DNA of 62,767 bases, filler included, from Stramenopiles sp. TOSAG23-2 (lineage: Eukaryota): NCBI GenBank assembly GCA_900128395.1. It is 12 parts of 12 records of this genome, joined end to end, with 100 filler letters (N's around TTAATTAATTAA, not from the genome) between each part and the next. Parts side by side here need not be neighbours in the genome. Positions count along the whole stretch, not along the records: positions 39,211 to 44,688 come from LT650663.1; positions 44,789 to 50,257 come from LT650664.1; positions 50,358 to 55,825 come from LT650665.1; positions 55,926 to 61,384 come from LT650666.1; 8 more parts are not named here. One strand, 5' to 3'. Below the pieces are notes generated by a model that made no database searches, had not been told where the DNA came from, and saw nothing but the letters and a program-made list of their open reading frames with translations. Position numbers and translations under genes: made by a program. Below, one piece after another: positions 43,919 through 56,073 of the stretch (positions are counted from its first letter, which is position 1; each line of letters starts with the position of its first letter).

Positions 43919-44891
43919 GTTTGCAAAATAATAATATTTAATTTCAATATATATGAGAGTGCTCAGTACAACTCAAAAAACACGAAAATGTTACGTACAA
44001 AATATATTATCCTTTATGTACAACAATAAAAAAATATTAAATTTAATTTTTTAGTCAGAAGTCCAACTATAGTTTTATATATATCTCTATATTATATTAT
44101 AGTTGTGCATAGTAAGTCCATATGATGTTGCCCATCTCCCAGAAGAACGTTAACTTCGCAACATTTTCATATTAATAATGTTAAGGATTTGCATGATTAT
44201 AGCTATCCAGCTATCATAAATTGTATCCCCTGCACCCCTGCATTACCACCTGGTGGTAGAGTTCACCTCCGAGCCTCCGAGGGCCCACCTTAAAAAGTCT
44301 AGGACCTAGACGACTAGGCCCACCAAATAAAAAAGTATAAGGCTTCTTCTAAAATAAACAATTTAAAGTATACAGTATATTATATTATATCGTAGTATAA
44401 TTACTCATATACTTTTCAACTGATCAAATTGATTATATGTTTTGAGTATGAGTATTGAGGTATATGAGGTATGATGTGGAGGCTCTAATTGGGAGTCTGT
44501 AAACTTTAATTCGGATATACCGTTTAGGCAAAATAACTTCCTGATAACACTCTTTTCATTTTTAATGCAGGGTCCTCGCCGTAGGCATTTTTTTAATTTA
44601 GCTGCTACATGATGTACATTTTTGTAGTAGCTATATACATCACCCCGATATCTTTAATTTTGCTAAATCTTTTGCAGTTGCCACTGAANNNNNNNNNNNN
44701 NNNNNNNNNNNNNNNNNNNNNNNNNNNNNNNNTTAATTAATTAANNNNNNNNNNNNNNNNNNNNNNNNNNNNNNNNNNNNNNNNNNNNTTCTTTTGAAGA
44801 GTAGGAATTATCATGAGTAAATTAAAAATAAATTATGCGTAAATTATATTATATATAATCATTAATATTTGATACGAATTATGTTTGTTTT

Positions 44892-47800
44892 TTACAAGAT
44901 TATATCCTTTTCCACCGTTTTTTTTGTTGACTTTACTTTTAGATTCAAATCTACAGCTTTCCAATCGATATCGGCCCATACCTTCATTTTCCGCAAAGAT
45001 GCACGATCTATTGCTCCTGGGCGTTGAAACAATGTGGTAATAAATTCTTGCATTCCCTCAATTTTTGATGTGCTTGCTTTGTATATGCAATTCATAATAT
45101 TCTTATACATTTGTGAATCTGATTCATCATAAAAAGGATTTTGTTTTTCATGAAGTTCATACATAAATATGCCCATCGCCCACAAATCCGAATCCAAACC
45201 ATGGCCAACACCTAACAATCTGTTAGGGGACATATACTCCGGTGATCCACACATGGTGTATGTATGCTCTTCTGCTAGAAATTTACTATTCTTGAAATTA
45301 ACAACTTTTGGTATCCCATTTGAACCAATTAATACATTATCAATTTCAACACCGCGATGGACAATATCTAAAGAATGCAAATATTCCATTGCAGAGAAAA
45401 TTTTCGATGCGAAAACCAATTCTTCACTTGATGAAAGACCTTTCTGTACCAAATCACGAAGCGAATTTGGTAGATAATCCATTAATATAGCAACAGACTC
45501 TTTTGTATTGTATAATGCAAACGATCGTTGTAAGTAAGGGTGTAATGTATGCTCCAAAATTCCGATTTCACGCGCCATTTGATCGCTTACAGCTTGTTTT
45601 AATGGTAAAATCTTCATACAATAATTTGACTTTAAGTTTCCATGCTTCACTCGTTCATAAAACGATTTTTGCTTTCCGACGCCTTTTCCAAAAACACCAA
45701 CAACTTGAAAAGATTCTTTTTTAATTTCTAGGAAAGGAGATACTATAGTTTTTTCCTCCATTTGTTTTGTGGAGTTAATATTATTATTATTGCTATCTTT
45801 TAATAGAAACTTTTCAAACGACATTCCTTTACGTCCTTTCACAGCTGAACTTGGACCAGGTTTTTCCGTCGGGGGTTTAGGATGAATGCCATTGTTCGTG
45901 TTTTTATTATTAACAACCTCTTCAAATTCCTCAAATTCATCGTTATCATAATTATCATCATCTTCACTTTGATTATCTTTTACCCGTTCTATTTTTGTAG
46001 TTACCTCAAGAGCATATTTTGCTTCAAGGATATGCTGCTTTATTAAGTTTGGAAAGCGCATGCTTGAGAAGCGATACATTTTTGATTCCGTATATATGTG
46101 CATTGCTCGAATAAATGAAATGTCATGTACCTCGATCATTACTACTTTACTCAATGGTATATCTAAACGTGATTCGTTCAATAACCCCATCGCAATAAAA
46201 GACAACTTCGTTTTTGAAACAGTTAACCAACCAGTACTTCTATTCGTGTTATTTATCAGGACACAAGCGAAAAATATGTTTTCAGCAAAGGCTTTTTCAA
46301 ATTTTTCTTTCCATGTGTTATCATCTGGTATAAATTTTAATGTATATGGCCTTGATTCCTCTTGTAAACATTCCGATATGGCTTGAAATGTTTTGTCGTA
46401 TAACTTAATATCGTTACAACTATATAAGCACATTGATTTTTCCAATATGCCAGATTTAAATGCTTGGCCAGGTTTCCCATTTTCCCCGGGTTTAAATGAT
46501 TTTATAATTGCCCCAATTGCTTCCTCACCTTCAAATATACGTTGCCTTAGCTCTAATCCTAATCGACCAGGACCAAATGGCACATTAGCCTCTACTGAGT
46601 GCACCCATGGGTGTGGATTAGTATCCGTGTCACCAATACCAGGATCAATCCCTAACAGTGTATTTACCCCAATCATGGATTCTACTGTTGGTAAACCTAA
46701 TCTTTGTAAATATTCATGTTGTGCATGCCTAATTTCTCGAAGCCAACTGCTTCCATTCTCAGTCATTAATAACACAGAATAAACGTTTCCAGCTGAGGAG
46801 ATAATTGTAAATTGAGGATATGATGATAAACTCGAATCTTTTTCCTCGATTTTAATTTTGCAACTCCAAAGTGGAAAAGATGATATGACTTGAAAATTTG
46901 GTTCATTTGGCTCGTTATCTATTTGTGGCGGCAATACTTGAACGAGAAATAGTAGTGCGCCATCCGACATACTCATGTACACATTTGAACCATTTACTTT
47001 ACATTCTACTAAATATTTCTCTATAAAATTATTCATCTGAATTTGCTTTTTGCTAGCACCATCAAAGGATATTTCATTTTGCACAATGCGTATTAAAACT
47101 CTTAACATTGGATTGTATTTCCGCGCATCACCTTTCATGGTTTTACCTTTCTTTTTTTTTTTGTTTCTTTTAACTGCTGGTACTTTCAGCATAATCCACT
47201 GATCATTTGAAATGCCATTGTCAAATTCTTTTAATGGCAAAATGGAAAATCCAACAGTTTTATCTCTCTTTTTCCGCTTTATATCGCTACCGTTTGTATT
47301 TTCAAGCGATTCCATCACGCGTATTTTTAATGTGTTGCCCATATTAATATTTTTTATTGGAAAAGAAAATTGGTGATTGAACTCTGGTTGTTCTGTTTTC
47401 CAAATCGTAGCAGTTGTACCAACATAGTCATTGTTTAGACGCACATTAACATAGGTGTCAATATGATGAGTTGGAAAATTAGATGTGGATGAAGAAATTA
47501 AATCTAATCCTTTCAGAATCATAACATACGCAGTGCCATACATTTCGTTTTTACTTTCTCCTCCATTTTCTTGCTTTGAGCCAGTGGCATTAAAATTTAA
47601 CGTTTTTTCAATAGCGTCGTTTCGCATATTACTTTTGTTGGGCCTATCAAAACTTTTGTATCCGTCGAATCTGTTGAATTTAACATTCCGTTTTTTAGCA
47701 TGGTATTTCATTATAAATTCGAATTCCTCTATGTCCACAGTGTTTGTATGCCTATCTGGAGCCATTATTTGTACAATGGCATTTCTAGTTTTTTGTGAAA

Positions 47801-49217
47801 CGTATTCGCCATGGCCATTACTATGAATAATTATACCAAGAAATTCTTCCAAATCGACGTTTAAATTATTTGTGGATCGCAAATGGTGAATTTTTTTCAA
47901 TACATACCCATACCAATTTTTATTTGATAACATGTGGTTCACAAAACATTCAAATAGTGTGTCACGAATGATGTTTTCCTCTGCCATTTTATGCTTTTCT
48001 TGCTTATTTTTCTGTCGCATCTCATGATTTTTCCATTTTTGTTCTAATTTTTTTAATCTATTTTTTTCATCTTGTAAAAATTTCATTTTCGCTTTTTTGA
48101 TTTTCTCTTCATGTTGTTTTGCCATTTTCATTGAATAATTGCTTGGACCATCACTATTGGTTGCATGTAAGCTTCCATGCTTTAATTTTCTACGATTATA
48201 ATATAAGTATGCAAATTCGCAAATTTCTACTTCACCACTTCCATCGGGATCTAATACTAACATGAAGTCATCTAATTCTTTTTCGCTTAAAGGTACATCT
48301 AATCTTGACATTGCAATATTTAACTCATCCCTATTCAGACACCCATCACCACTTTCATCAATCTCTTTAAACGTTGCTTCAAGATCAAACACATTCTTAC
48401 CGCTTTGCATCATTCTTTTCTTCTTCAATTTTTTCATAATTTGCTCAAATTTATTTATAGCATGTGCTTTGGCAGGTGAAACTTTATTTTGCTGCCTACG
48501 TCTTATTAATCTATTTTCAAAGTTTTTCCATTTTTCATCCAACTTGTATAATTTTTCATTTTCGATTAATTTATGCTTTAAACTTGCCCTTTCTGCAATT
48601 GCATTAACTGAAATATTGCGTTTAACAGCTTTTATTCTACTAGAGGACATTTCTTTTCGTAATATCGGGTCATTACCATATTCATTACTTCTATTGTCAT
48701 CGTTGCTATCATACAGTTGTATAATTGCTTTGATTGTAGTTTCAATTGTAATGTTTGGTGCATTACCTTCTGATAAATTAGATGGTAATGATTCGTGATA
48801 TCTAAAAAATGTTTCAGTCTTGGTGGATGTCCATGATTTTATTTTCAAATCATTCTTTATGAAATCGTCAAAGTCGCTTTTACTTAATTTTTTTTTTTTT
48901 ATTTTCTTATTATTATTATTGCCTGCGGTTACACGATTACGAATAGCATTAGATATATAATCATCAACTGTCTCAGTATCGTTATTATTTATTCGGCTAC
49001 GGTTGTTACGATCTATATTATCTAAAATTTCAATGTTGATTTGTTCAATTATATCAACGTATCTTTTGCGTAAGATGTAATTTGGTGTAGATGCGCTTCT
49101 ACTTCTGTTTAAAAGTCTTCTAGTTGATAATGATGATAAGGATAAGGAAGTATTATTATGAGTCGAACGACCTCCTGTTGGTCTTGAAGGCGTCCGGGTT
49201 GCATTTTGTTTTAACAT
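44892..49217 (-). CDS. EF-hand/C2/PH-like/PDZ/GRAM protein with a C-terminal AGC-type pseudokinase domain
   Basis: EF loops DESGDGCLNRDE and DPDGSGEVEICE; C2 (DTYVNVRL..TIWKTEQPEFN); PDZ-like GRLGLEL; GRAM-like GWLTVSKTKLSF; kinase TYTMCGSPEYMSP and DLWAMG. Confidence 0.85.
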   Translation of the reverse strand: MLKQNATRTPSRPTGGRSTHNNTSLSLSSLSTRRLLNRSRSASTPNYILRKRYVDIIEQINIEILDNIDRNNRSRINNNDTETVDDYISNAIRNRVTAGNNNNKKIKKKKLSKSDFDDFIKNDLKIKSWTSTKTETFFRYHESLPSNLSEGNAPNITIETTIKAIIQLYDSNDDNRSNEYGNDPILRKEMSSSRIKAVKRNISVNAIAERASLKHKLIENEKLYKLDEKWKNFENRLIRRRQQNKVSPAKAHAINKFEQIMKKLKKKRMMQSGKNVFDLEATFKEIDESGDGCLNRDELNIAMSRLDVPLSEKELDDFMLVLDPDGSGEVEICEFAYLYYNRRKLKHGSLHATNSDGPSNYSMKMAKQHEEKIKKAKMKFLQDEKNRLKKLEQKWKNHEMRQKNKQEKHKMAEENIIRDTLFECFVNHMLSNKNWYGYVLKKIHHLRSTNNLNVDLEEFLGIIIHSNGHGEYVSQKTRNAIVQIMAPDRHTNTVDIEEFEFIMKYHAKKRNVKFNRFDGYKSFDRPNKSNMRNDAIEKTLNFNATGSKQENGGESKNEMYGTAYVMILKGLDLISSSTSNFPTHHIDTYVNVRLNNDYVGTTATIWKTEQPEFNHQFSFPIKNINMGNTLKIRVMESLENTNGSDIKRKKRDKTVGFSILPLKEFDNGISNDQWIMLKVPAVKRNKKKKKGKTMKGDARKYNPMLRVLIRIVQNEISFDGASKKQIQMNNFIEKYLVECKVNGSNVYMSMSDGALLFLVQVLPPQIDNEPNEPNFQVISSFPLWSCKIKIEEKDSSLSSYPQFTIISSAGNVYSVLLMTENGSSWLREIRHAQHEYLQRLGLPTVESMIGVNTLLGIDPGIGDTDTNPHPWVHSVEANVPFGPGRLGLELRQRIFEGEEAIGAIIKSFKPGENGKPGQAFKSGILEKSMCLYSCNDIKLYDKTFQAISECLQEESRPYTLKFIPDDNTWKEKFEKAFAENIFFACVLINNTNRSTGWLTVSKTKLSFIAMGLLNESRLDIPLSKVVMIEVHDISFIRAMHIYTESKMYRFSSMRFPNLIKQHILEAKYALEVTTKIERVKDNQSEDDDNYDNDEFEEFEEVVNNKNTNNGIHPKPPTEKPGPSSAVKGRKGMSFEKFLLKDSNNNNINSTKQMEEKTIVSPFLEIKKESFQVVGVFGKGVGKQKSFYERVKHGNLKSNYCMKILPLKQAVSDQMAREIGILEHTLHPYLQRSFALYNTKESVAILMDYLPNSLRDLVQKGLSSSEELVFASKIFSAMEYLHSLDIVHRGVEIDNVLIGSNGIPKVVNFKNSKFLAEEHTYTMCGSPEYMSPNRLLGVGHGLDSDLWAMGIFMYELHEKQNPFYDESDSQMYKNIMNCIYKASTSKIEGMQEFITTLFQRPGAIDRASLRKMKVWADIDWKAVDLNLKVKSTKKTVEKDIIL

Positions 49218-49575
49218 ATTTTATTTTTTTCGTGTAGACTTCTTTTAAAAGTATAAATATATATATATACACGATGAACGTATAGTATATATATATGTAA
49301 CTTGTGTGAGATATTTAAATAATCAAATATGAATCAATGCTTCTATATGTATATCTAAATGTTAACAATAATGATGTAGATTGTATCCATTTACATGTTG
49401 CATACTATTAATATAATGTATTAATACCTGCCAGCCTGGTATACAACAACAACATCATCTAAAAAAAATGCTGGTATTTAATAGTAGCAACAGGCATAAG
49501 TGTAACTGTTTTTGTCTTCTTTTCTTTGATGGAAGCTGGAAGCGTTGGTGCGTTGCAGGCCCGTAAGCCAGTACT

Positions 49576-49689
49576 GTATAAGGCAAGCTGGAAAGCTGGA
49601 AAGCCTGGAAAGCCAGAAAGCTGGAAAGCTGGAAAGCCTGGAAAGCCAGAAAGCAAAAAGAAAAGAAAGCTGGAAAAAAGCCTGGAAAG
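49576..49689 (+). repeat. CTGGAAAG-type short repeat cluster upstream of the kinase gene
   Basis: Repeated GCTGGAAAG, CCTGGAAAG and CCAGAAAG units. Confidence 0.85.
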
Positions 49690-50357
49690 ACTACGCACTA
49701 CGCTACCACCAGGTATAGGAGCTAGTAATAAAGTACAGTATAGTTTTGTCTATATTTTCGGATATTTGTTATTTTTACAAATATATGAAAATAAAATTGG
49801 CATTTTAGAAAACGATATACATATTTCCCCCATAGTTACCACTGGTGGTATAGTGAATAGTGTTAATTTTACATTTTTTATGTTTTAGGGTTAGCTGTAA
49901 GCGGTATTGCATACATAGGAAATTTCGTACTTGTTATACTATATTAAATAATTTTTAATTTCAATCATATGTGAAAACCCTAGTTAATTCACAAAACGTA
50001 ATTCACAAAACGGTGTCCTTTTATTTAGGTGGATTCCCTTGTCCTCTTCTTGAATTTTCTTTTCTTTTCTGTGCAATTTCTTTGTAAAGCATTTCACGAT
50101 ATTCATTATTTGTATATTTTTTATTATCCTCTACTGGAATAGTAATTGGTTTTGGTGCTTTCACTTCATTTTTCTCATCGTGAAATTTCGCTACATATGG
50201 ATGTTTTACGGATGAAGAAATAAAAGAAATTGAAAAAGATTTAGAATCACAAGCAGANNNNNNNNNNNNNNNNNNNNNNNNNNNNNNNNNNNNNNNNNNN
50301 NTTAATTAATTAANNNNNNNNNNNNNNNNNNNNNNNNNNNNNNNNNNNNNNNNNNNN

Positions 50358-52210
50358 TTGATATATCAAAAGGTATATTTGTATTAAGTAAAAGTCAAAA
50401 AGCATCGATAGTCGAAGGTGTTGGTAAAGATATTGATATTGGTGGATATGCCATGAAAGTGGGGAATTTTGTTGCTACAGGGGATATATCGACAGCAAGT
50501 AGTCTCATTTCATCATCATTAACATCATCATCATCAACTGGTGGTGGATTATTGTATACGGATGGTAATGGTAAGATATTATCAATGAATGATGTGTTAT
50601 CATATGATTCAACATTAAATAAGATTGATTTAGTATCAAGTCGTATGATGGATGTATCAAAAGGTATATTTGTATTAAGTCAAAGTCAAAAAGCATCGAT
50701 AGTTGAAGGTGTTGGTCAAGATATTGATATTGGTGTATACGATATGAGAGCAAATAATATCATATCATCATCATTGGAATCATCAACTGGTGGTGGATTA
50801 TTGTATACGGATGGCAATGGTAAGATATTATCAATGAATGATGTGTTATCATATGATTCAACATTAAATAAGATTGATTTAGTATCAAGTCGTATGATGG
50901 ATGTATCAAAAGGTATATTTGTATTAAGTCAAAGTCAAAAAGCATCGATAGTTGAAGGTGTTGGTCAAGATATTGATATAGGGGGGTATGCGATGACGAT
51001 GGGAAAGTTTGTTGCTTCTGAAAACACCGTAACTACCGGCGATGTTGCAACGATATCTGCTACAGCATTGACAACTGGCACTGCACTTTCAATTTCATCA
51101 GGAGATGCCATGACAACTGGATCCTTATTATCATTGACAACTTCAATTGATGGAAATGGTGAAGGTATAACCAATGGAGTATTTAAACTATCAGCAACTA
51201 CTATGACAGTTGGTACTGGTATAAGTGTACATGTAGACGCATTAACCACTGGCAAAGGTGTCTTAATAACTAGTAATGATGGCACTACATTGGAGGGTGA
51301 TGGTAGATTGTTATCAGTGAATGGTAAATCGCAAACGGGAGGTACATTGGTAGATATAGTTGGAACGGCATTGACAACTGGTACTGCACTTTCAATTAGT
51401 GGTAATAGTTTGGACACTGTTGGTAGATTACTTAAAATAACTGGATCAGCAGGGAAAACAGCATTAGAAGTTGTAACTGGGAATTCTAAATTTTCTGGCG
51501 ACTTTGATATTGCATCCCATGGTGGTACGAATGGTTTGAAGCTTGGTGGTGTTTTAGTTACTGCATCAGCAACAGAAATAAATCTAATGGCTGGTGTAAC
51601 GGCGACTACTGCTAAATTAAATTATTTAGACATAACAACACTTGGTACATCAGAAAATAGCAAAGCTGTAACTCAAAGTGCAGGAGGGGTAGTATCAATT
51701 GCTGCAGAAACAGGATCAACGTCAACAGCAACAGGAGCATTGACCGTAGCTGGTGGTGTTGGTATAGCTAAAAATTTGAATGTTGGTGGTACAATTACTG
51801 GAAAAAAACAAGTTGAATCGTACAATTCCGCTTCTACCGACACACTTGAGTCGGGTGATGAAGGAAAAATTTTGGTGTTCAATACAAATGGTGCAGTAAC
51901 AATAACTCTTCCAACTTGTAACTCAGATTCTTTGGGAGCAGTATTTGTATTTATTGTCGCACAAAATGGCGCACATAAAGTGATTTCCCCAAGTAGTGAC
52001 AGGATATATGGAAGCTTAATGATGCTTCAATCTAATACACCCAGTATTAGGTTCACTTCAGCTAATACGCGCGCAGTGAATGCTAACGGCAGTACAAGTG
52101 GCGGTGTAAGGTCTCAGTTTGAGCTAATTTGTTTTGCAGCTAATAAGTGGCAAATAGACGGAAAAATGATTTTTACCGGTACTGAAACAGAACCTTTTTC
52201 TGACTCGTAA
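50358..52210 (+). CDS. Phage/virus fibre-like Gly/Thr/Ser-rich repeat protein, 5'-truncated
   Basis: Frame open from the contig start. It has 83-aa tandem repeats, LTTG..LSI units, and the motifs LNYLDITTLGTSENSKAVT, STSTATGALTVAGGVGIAKNLNVGG and TITLP. Confidence 0.75.
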
Positions 52211-52365
52211 AGAAAAAAAACCTGAATTTTGACGACTATGAAAAAACTAAATTTTGACAAAAACATCATCGCCTGCTAGTAGACACTGCTGTTTGCTCGT
52301 ATCTTTACTGACCTCATGAATCAGAATAGACTTGAGCCCCCGAGTTAAATCAATGTTAAATTTAT

Positions 52366-52760
52366 TTAGAAATACTTTCGCGTCGTCATAGAGTTAGAAC
52401 CGAATAAAATCTGGATATCTTCCAACAGTAGCGTATAATACCCGGATGCCAAAACGCTGTTCCTCTTTAAAGATTGAAGACCGCACGGCAGGAATACACC
52501 CGGTCGGATGTTCGACGATTGCAATCTTCGCGCCCCCAACCAATTCATGCACCAAGTTTTTTGTTTGTAACCTCCTGCCGTTGTACACCACAAACTCATA
52601 GCTGCATGGTGTGTCTAACATCTCTGGTGTGTGGATTTTTCTGCCGGTTGTCAAATATTGCTTTTAATATCTTCCATTTCGTATTCATCTCGCTATGTTT
52701 ATATACATGCATTTAGTCAAATACATGCGGTTGAATCGGTTCAATCAATTGTCTGGGATC
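52366..52760 (-). pseudogene. Possible degraded NUMOD4/HNH-type endonuclease remnant
   Basis: Interrupted translation gives IRNGR..KQYL and LVHELVG, weakly like NUMOD4 GRILKQ and HNH VHRLVA. Confidence 0.2.
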
Positions 52761-53060
52761 GTTTTTACTCTGTTCGCAATGCAACGAAGACCACTGTTAC
52801 AAGCTATTACGATTGCACTATCCCGAGTGGATCCATCCAATTCAATAATCATCTTCGTACCTGACCGCGCAGTTTTGATACTAGCTAGGCTCAGCGACAA
52901 CGGTGATGCCGTGGCGCTCCCGGGGGATGGCGTAGTCGAAGAGCACTGACCCTCTTGCTGTCAACTATGACAAGAACTGTAGACTCCAAGCTTTATTGAA
53001 TCCGAGTATATTCCAACAGAGAGAAGGCAATATTCTCTGGAGGTTGTGAAGGACTGGGGA

Positions 53061-53142
53061 GGGGTAAATTGGCTAAACCGGAGACAAGATGTTTGGCATC
53101 GAAGGGGTAAATTGGCTAAACGGGAGAAAGATGTTTGGCATC
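53061..53142 (+). repeat. Imperfect tandem pair of about 40 bp
   Basis: GGGGTAAATTGGCTAAAC..GAGA..AGATGTTTGGCATC at 53061 and 53104. Confidence 0.85.
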
Positions 53143-53166
53143 TAGGCATCAAGGTAGCGAGACTTC

Positions 53167-53937
53167 GTGATGTGTGTAGTGGTTTCGTGGTATGATAGTG
53201 TGGGTGTGCGAATGGTCATTACATTTGGTTTGGGGGCTACACTTGTGAATACGAACGATAATACTTTGACAATTACTGAAGCAAATACTGTTGTATCGGG
53301 TACATTGGACGTTACTGGTACTGTAACATTAGGTGATGATGTTACTATTGCAGCCAATAAAAATATATTGATGCAAGGAACTGGTGCATTCACAACCGGT
53401 ACAGGCGCAGTATCGTTAAAAGGTGATGTAACTATTGCTGGAACTGGTACATTCACAACCGGCACAGGTGCAGTAGCGCTGAATGGTGATGTAACTATTG
53501 CAGAGAATAAGAATATAGTGATGCAAGCTGGTAGTAAACTCTCGGTAATAACCCTTAATATCGATGGCACAGATGTTGCTGCCACTGCTGCACAATTAAA
53601 CACATTGGATATTTCAACGAATACGCAAACAATTACCGCGCCCGGTTCCGGTTCCATTTCCATAACTTTAACATCGACTCTTGTCTTATTGGATTCGTCT
53701 AGTGGAAGTATTACCCTGACACTTGCCGCCCCCACCACAGCTCAACATGGAAAAACTATGATTATTCAGATGACTAACGGAGCCAATGTTGTATCTATGG
53801 CTTTAACTAATGTAAAAGGTGCTAGCGGCAGCGAAAACAACGCTGTATGGAATGCAGTGGATGATACATTAGTCTTATTAGGTATAAGTGGGTCTTGGTT
53901 AGTTATGAAAGAACACGATATAACTTTCCAGAATTAA
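53167..53937 (+). CDS. Second fibre-like repeat protein; start uncertain, probably a 3' fragment or last exon
   Basis: GTG(A/T)FTTGTGAV.L.GDVTIA repeats, VAATAAQLNTLD, and a C-terminal ITLTLAAP...GKTMII domain. Confidence 0.7.
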   Translation: MMCVVVSWYDSVGVRMVITFGLGATLVNTNDNTLTITEANTVVSGTLDVTGTVTLGDDVTIAANKNILMQGTGAFTTGTGAVSLKGDVTIAGTGTFTTGTGAVALNGDVTIAENKNIVMQAGSKLSVITLNIDGTDVAATAAQLNTLDISTNTQTITAPGSGSISITLTSTLVLLDSSSGSITLTLAAPTTAQHGKTMIIQMTNGANVVSMALTNVKGASGSENNAVWNAVDDTLVLLGISGSWLVMKEHDITFQN

Positions 53938-54508
53938 TCCGCCAGTCCCCGTTATTCCTGATTATGATAGCACTGATTATCAGTTCGCCATTCTCTGTTC
54001 TACCAATATTAATACCCATTCTGTTAATAATGCTAATTTTTACGAAGCTGGATCCCTTAAGATGTTCAATTATTGTTATATATGAGATAGAGGTTATTAT
54101 TTCGCATACGATATAGTATCTTTTTCAAAATAATCACCATATGGGGGGATATGGTGTGTTCGTATCATATGCATGTGATATTTATCATATGGTTTGTATA
54201 TAATGATATGATATGATTATAATACATATATATATACGAATATAATTGTTTATAATAAATATACGTCGTATATTATATATATATGATATATAAAATGTTC
54301 TCTTACTCATATCATATACTATATTATATAAATTTCTCATATATATACGAAGTATATTATAATGAGTATATATACATGTACATTCAATTTAATATACGAA
54401 GAGCGTATTACGTAAAATATATATAAATATAATATTAAAAAATATAAAAACAAGTATTAAAATATATATATTAAATCTCTCTCAGTATTATATATTATGT
54501 GATATTTG

Positions 54509-55570
54509 TTATCTCCCTTCCTCCCCACCTGATGTCGTCATCACCACTGACTTTTCAACCAATACCATTTGAATCCTTTCCTCATATTTTAAACGTGCTG
54601 CTATATTTGTTAAATCACCAATTGGTAACAATGCAGCTGCTTCTTCATTCCAATTTAATTTTGCCAATTCCCATGGTGTTCGTTCCATTTCATTTAATGG
54701 CTCTGGATTTGCTTTTTTAGATAATAAATAACGTACAATATCTGTTTTTCCAAAACGTGCAGCACGATGTAATGGTGTATTTCGTACATCATCCAATGCA
54801 TTTACATCTGCTTTTTGACCAACTAAATATTTAACAACTTCAATATGACCACGCTGTGCTGCTTGATGTAATAATGTACCATTTGGATAACATCCTGGCA
54901 ACATATTTATATTATTTCCTCGATCAACAAAACGTTTTACTTCTTTTAAATTTCCACGTGAAGCTGAAGTCCATGCATCTACAAGTTCTTCTGGATAACC
55001 TAAATCTTTTAACCTACCACCTGGAATATCATCTGGACGTTTACCTTTTGCTTTTTTACGTTTAACTTGTTCAAAATGTGCAAATCTATCTGTATTGACT
55101 GCTTTTGCTTGCAAAAACATGGCACTTTTCTTTTTTACATGGCCAAATGCGTTGAGACCACCACTAGTACTACTATTGTTATTATTACTGGATTTTCCAA
55201 ATGGATTTTTATGTGATTTTTTATTACCTATTGAAAATGCACTCATCATTTTCATACTACTATGTTTTTTCTTTTTATGATGTTTTTTATGATGACCTTT
55301 TTTTTTCGTTCCATGATGACGATGTTGTTGTTGTTGTTGTTCGTCATGTTCATTTCCAACTCCATCGTTTTTTTCTTCCTTTGTACTTTCAACACTATCA
55401 TGACTTTTTTTCATTAATGAAAATATATTATTTGTTGTTTTCTTATCTTTACCTACAACATTTTTCACTGCAACGGATGCTAATAATGATTGTGCCGTTA
55501 CAGGTCCTTTTGATTTTTTTGCAAGGGATTTTAATGATTTCATTTTTTTTTTATGTTTTTTTCCTGTCAT
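54509..55570 (-). CDS. Ankyrin-repeat protein with a Lys/His-rich N-terminus
   Basis: TLLHQAAQRGHIEVVKYLV, NTPLHRAARFGKTDIVRYLL and RTPWELA. Confidence 0.9.
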   Translation of the reverse strand: MTGKKHKKKMKSLKSLAKKSKGPVTAQSLLASVAVKNVVGKDKKTTNNIFSLMKKSHDSVESTKEEKNDGVGNEHDEQQQQQHRHHGTKKKGHHKKHHKKKKHSSMKMMSAFSIGNKKSHKNPFGKSSNNNNSSTSGGLNAFGHVKKKSAMFLQAKAVNTDRFAHFEQVKRKKAKGKRPDDIPGGRLKDLGYPEELVDAWTSASRGNLKEVKRFVDRGNNINMLPGCYPNGTLLHQAAQRGHIEVVKYLVGQKADVNALDDVRNTPLHRAARFGKTDIVRYLLSKKANPEPLNEMERTPWELAKLNWNEEAAALLPIGDLTNIAARLKYEERIQMVLVEKSVVMTTSGGEEGR

Positions 55571-56073
55571 TTTTTTGTTGTTTAATGTGTGTATGTTTAT
55601 ATGTATATGGTTATTTCTTCTTATTATTCTTATTATTAAATGTATATGAACATATATATATATATATAATGTACAGGTTAAGAGGAAATGTAATAAAATA
55701 TCACGATCATATTTGTTGTTGTTGTTGTTATTAATTGGAATATATAATTGTAATATAATATATATTTTTATTCCATAAAATATTTAGTACTATTTACTAT
55801 TGTTTTTATAGTCGTTAGAGAGGACNNNNNNNNNNNNNNNNNNNNNNNNNNNNNNNNNNNNNNNNNNNNTTAATTAATTAANNNNNNNNNNNNNNNNNNN
55901 NNNNNNNNNNNNNNNNNNNNNNNNNTATGTATTTATTAATAAAGATATATACACTCGTATATCTATATGTACTTTTATATTATATATATTCTTTTATATA
56001 TATAAATATGACAAGAGACTTTTTTAAGTAAGTGGTAAACAGCAAAAACAAAAAAACAAAATATTAAAAATTT

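Noticed and set aside
49459-49888. ORFs with WKAGKPGKPES repeats
   Set aside because: These are translations of the non-coding CTGGAAAG repeat cluster.
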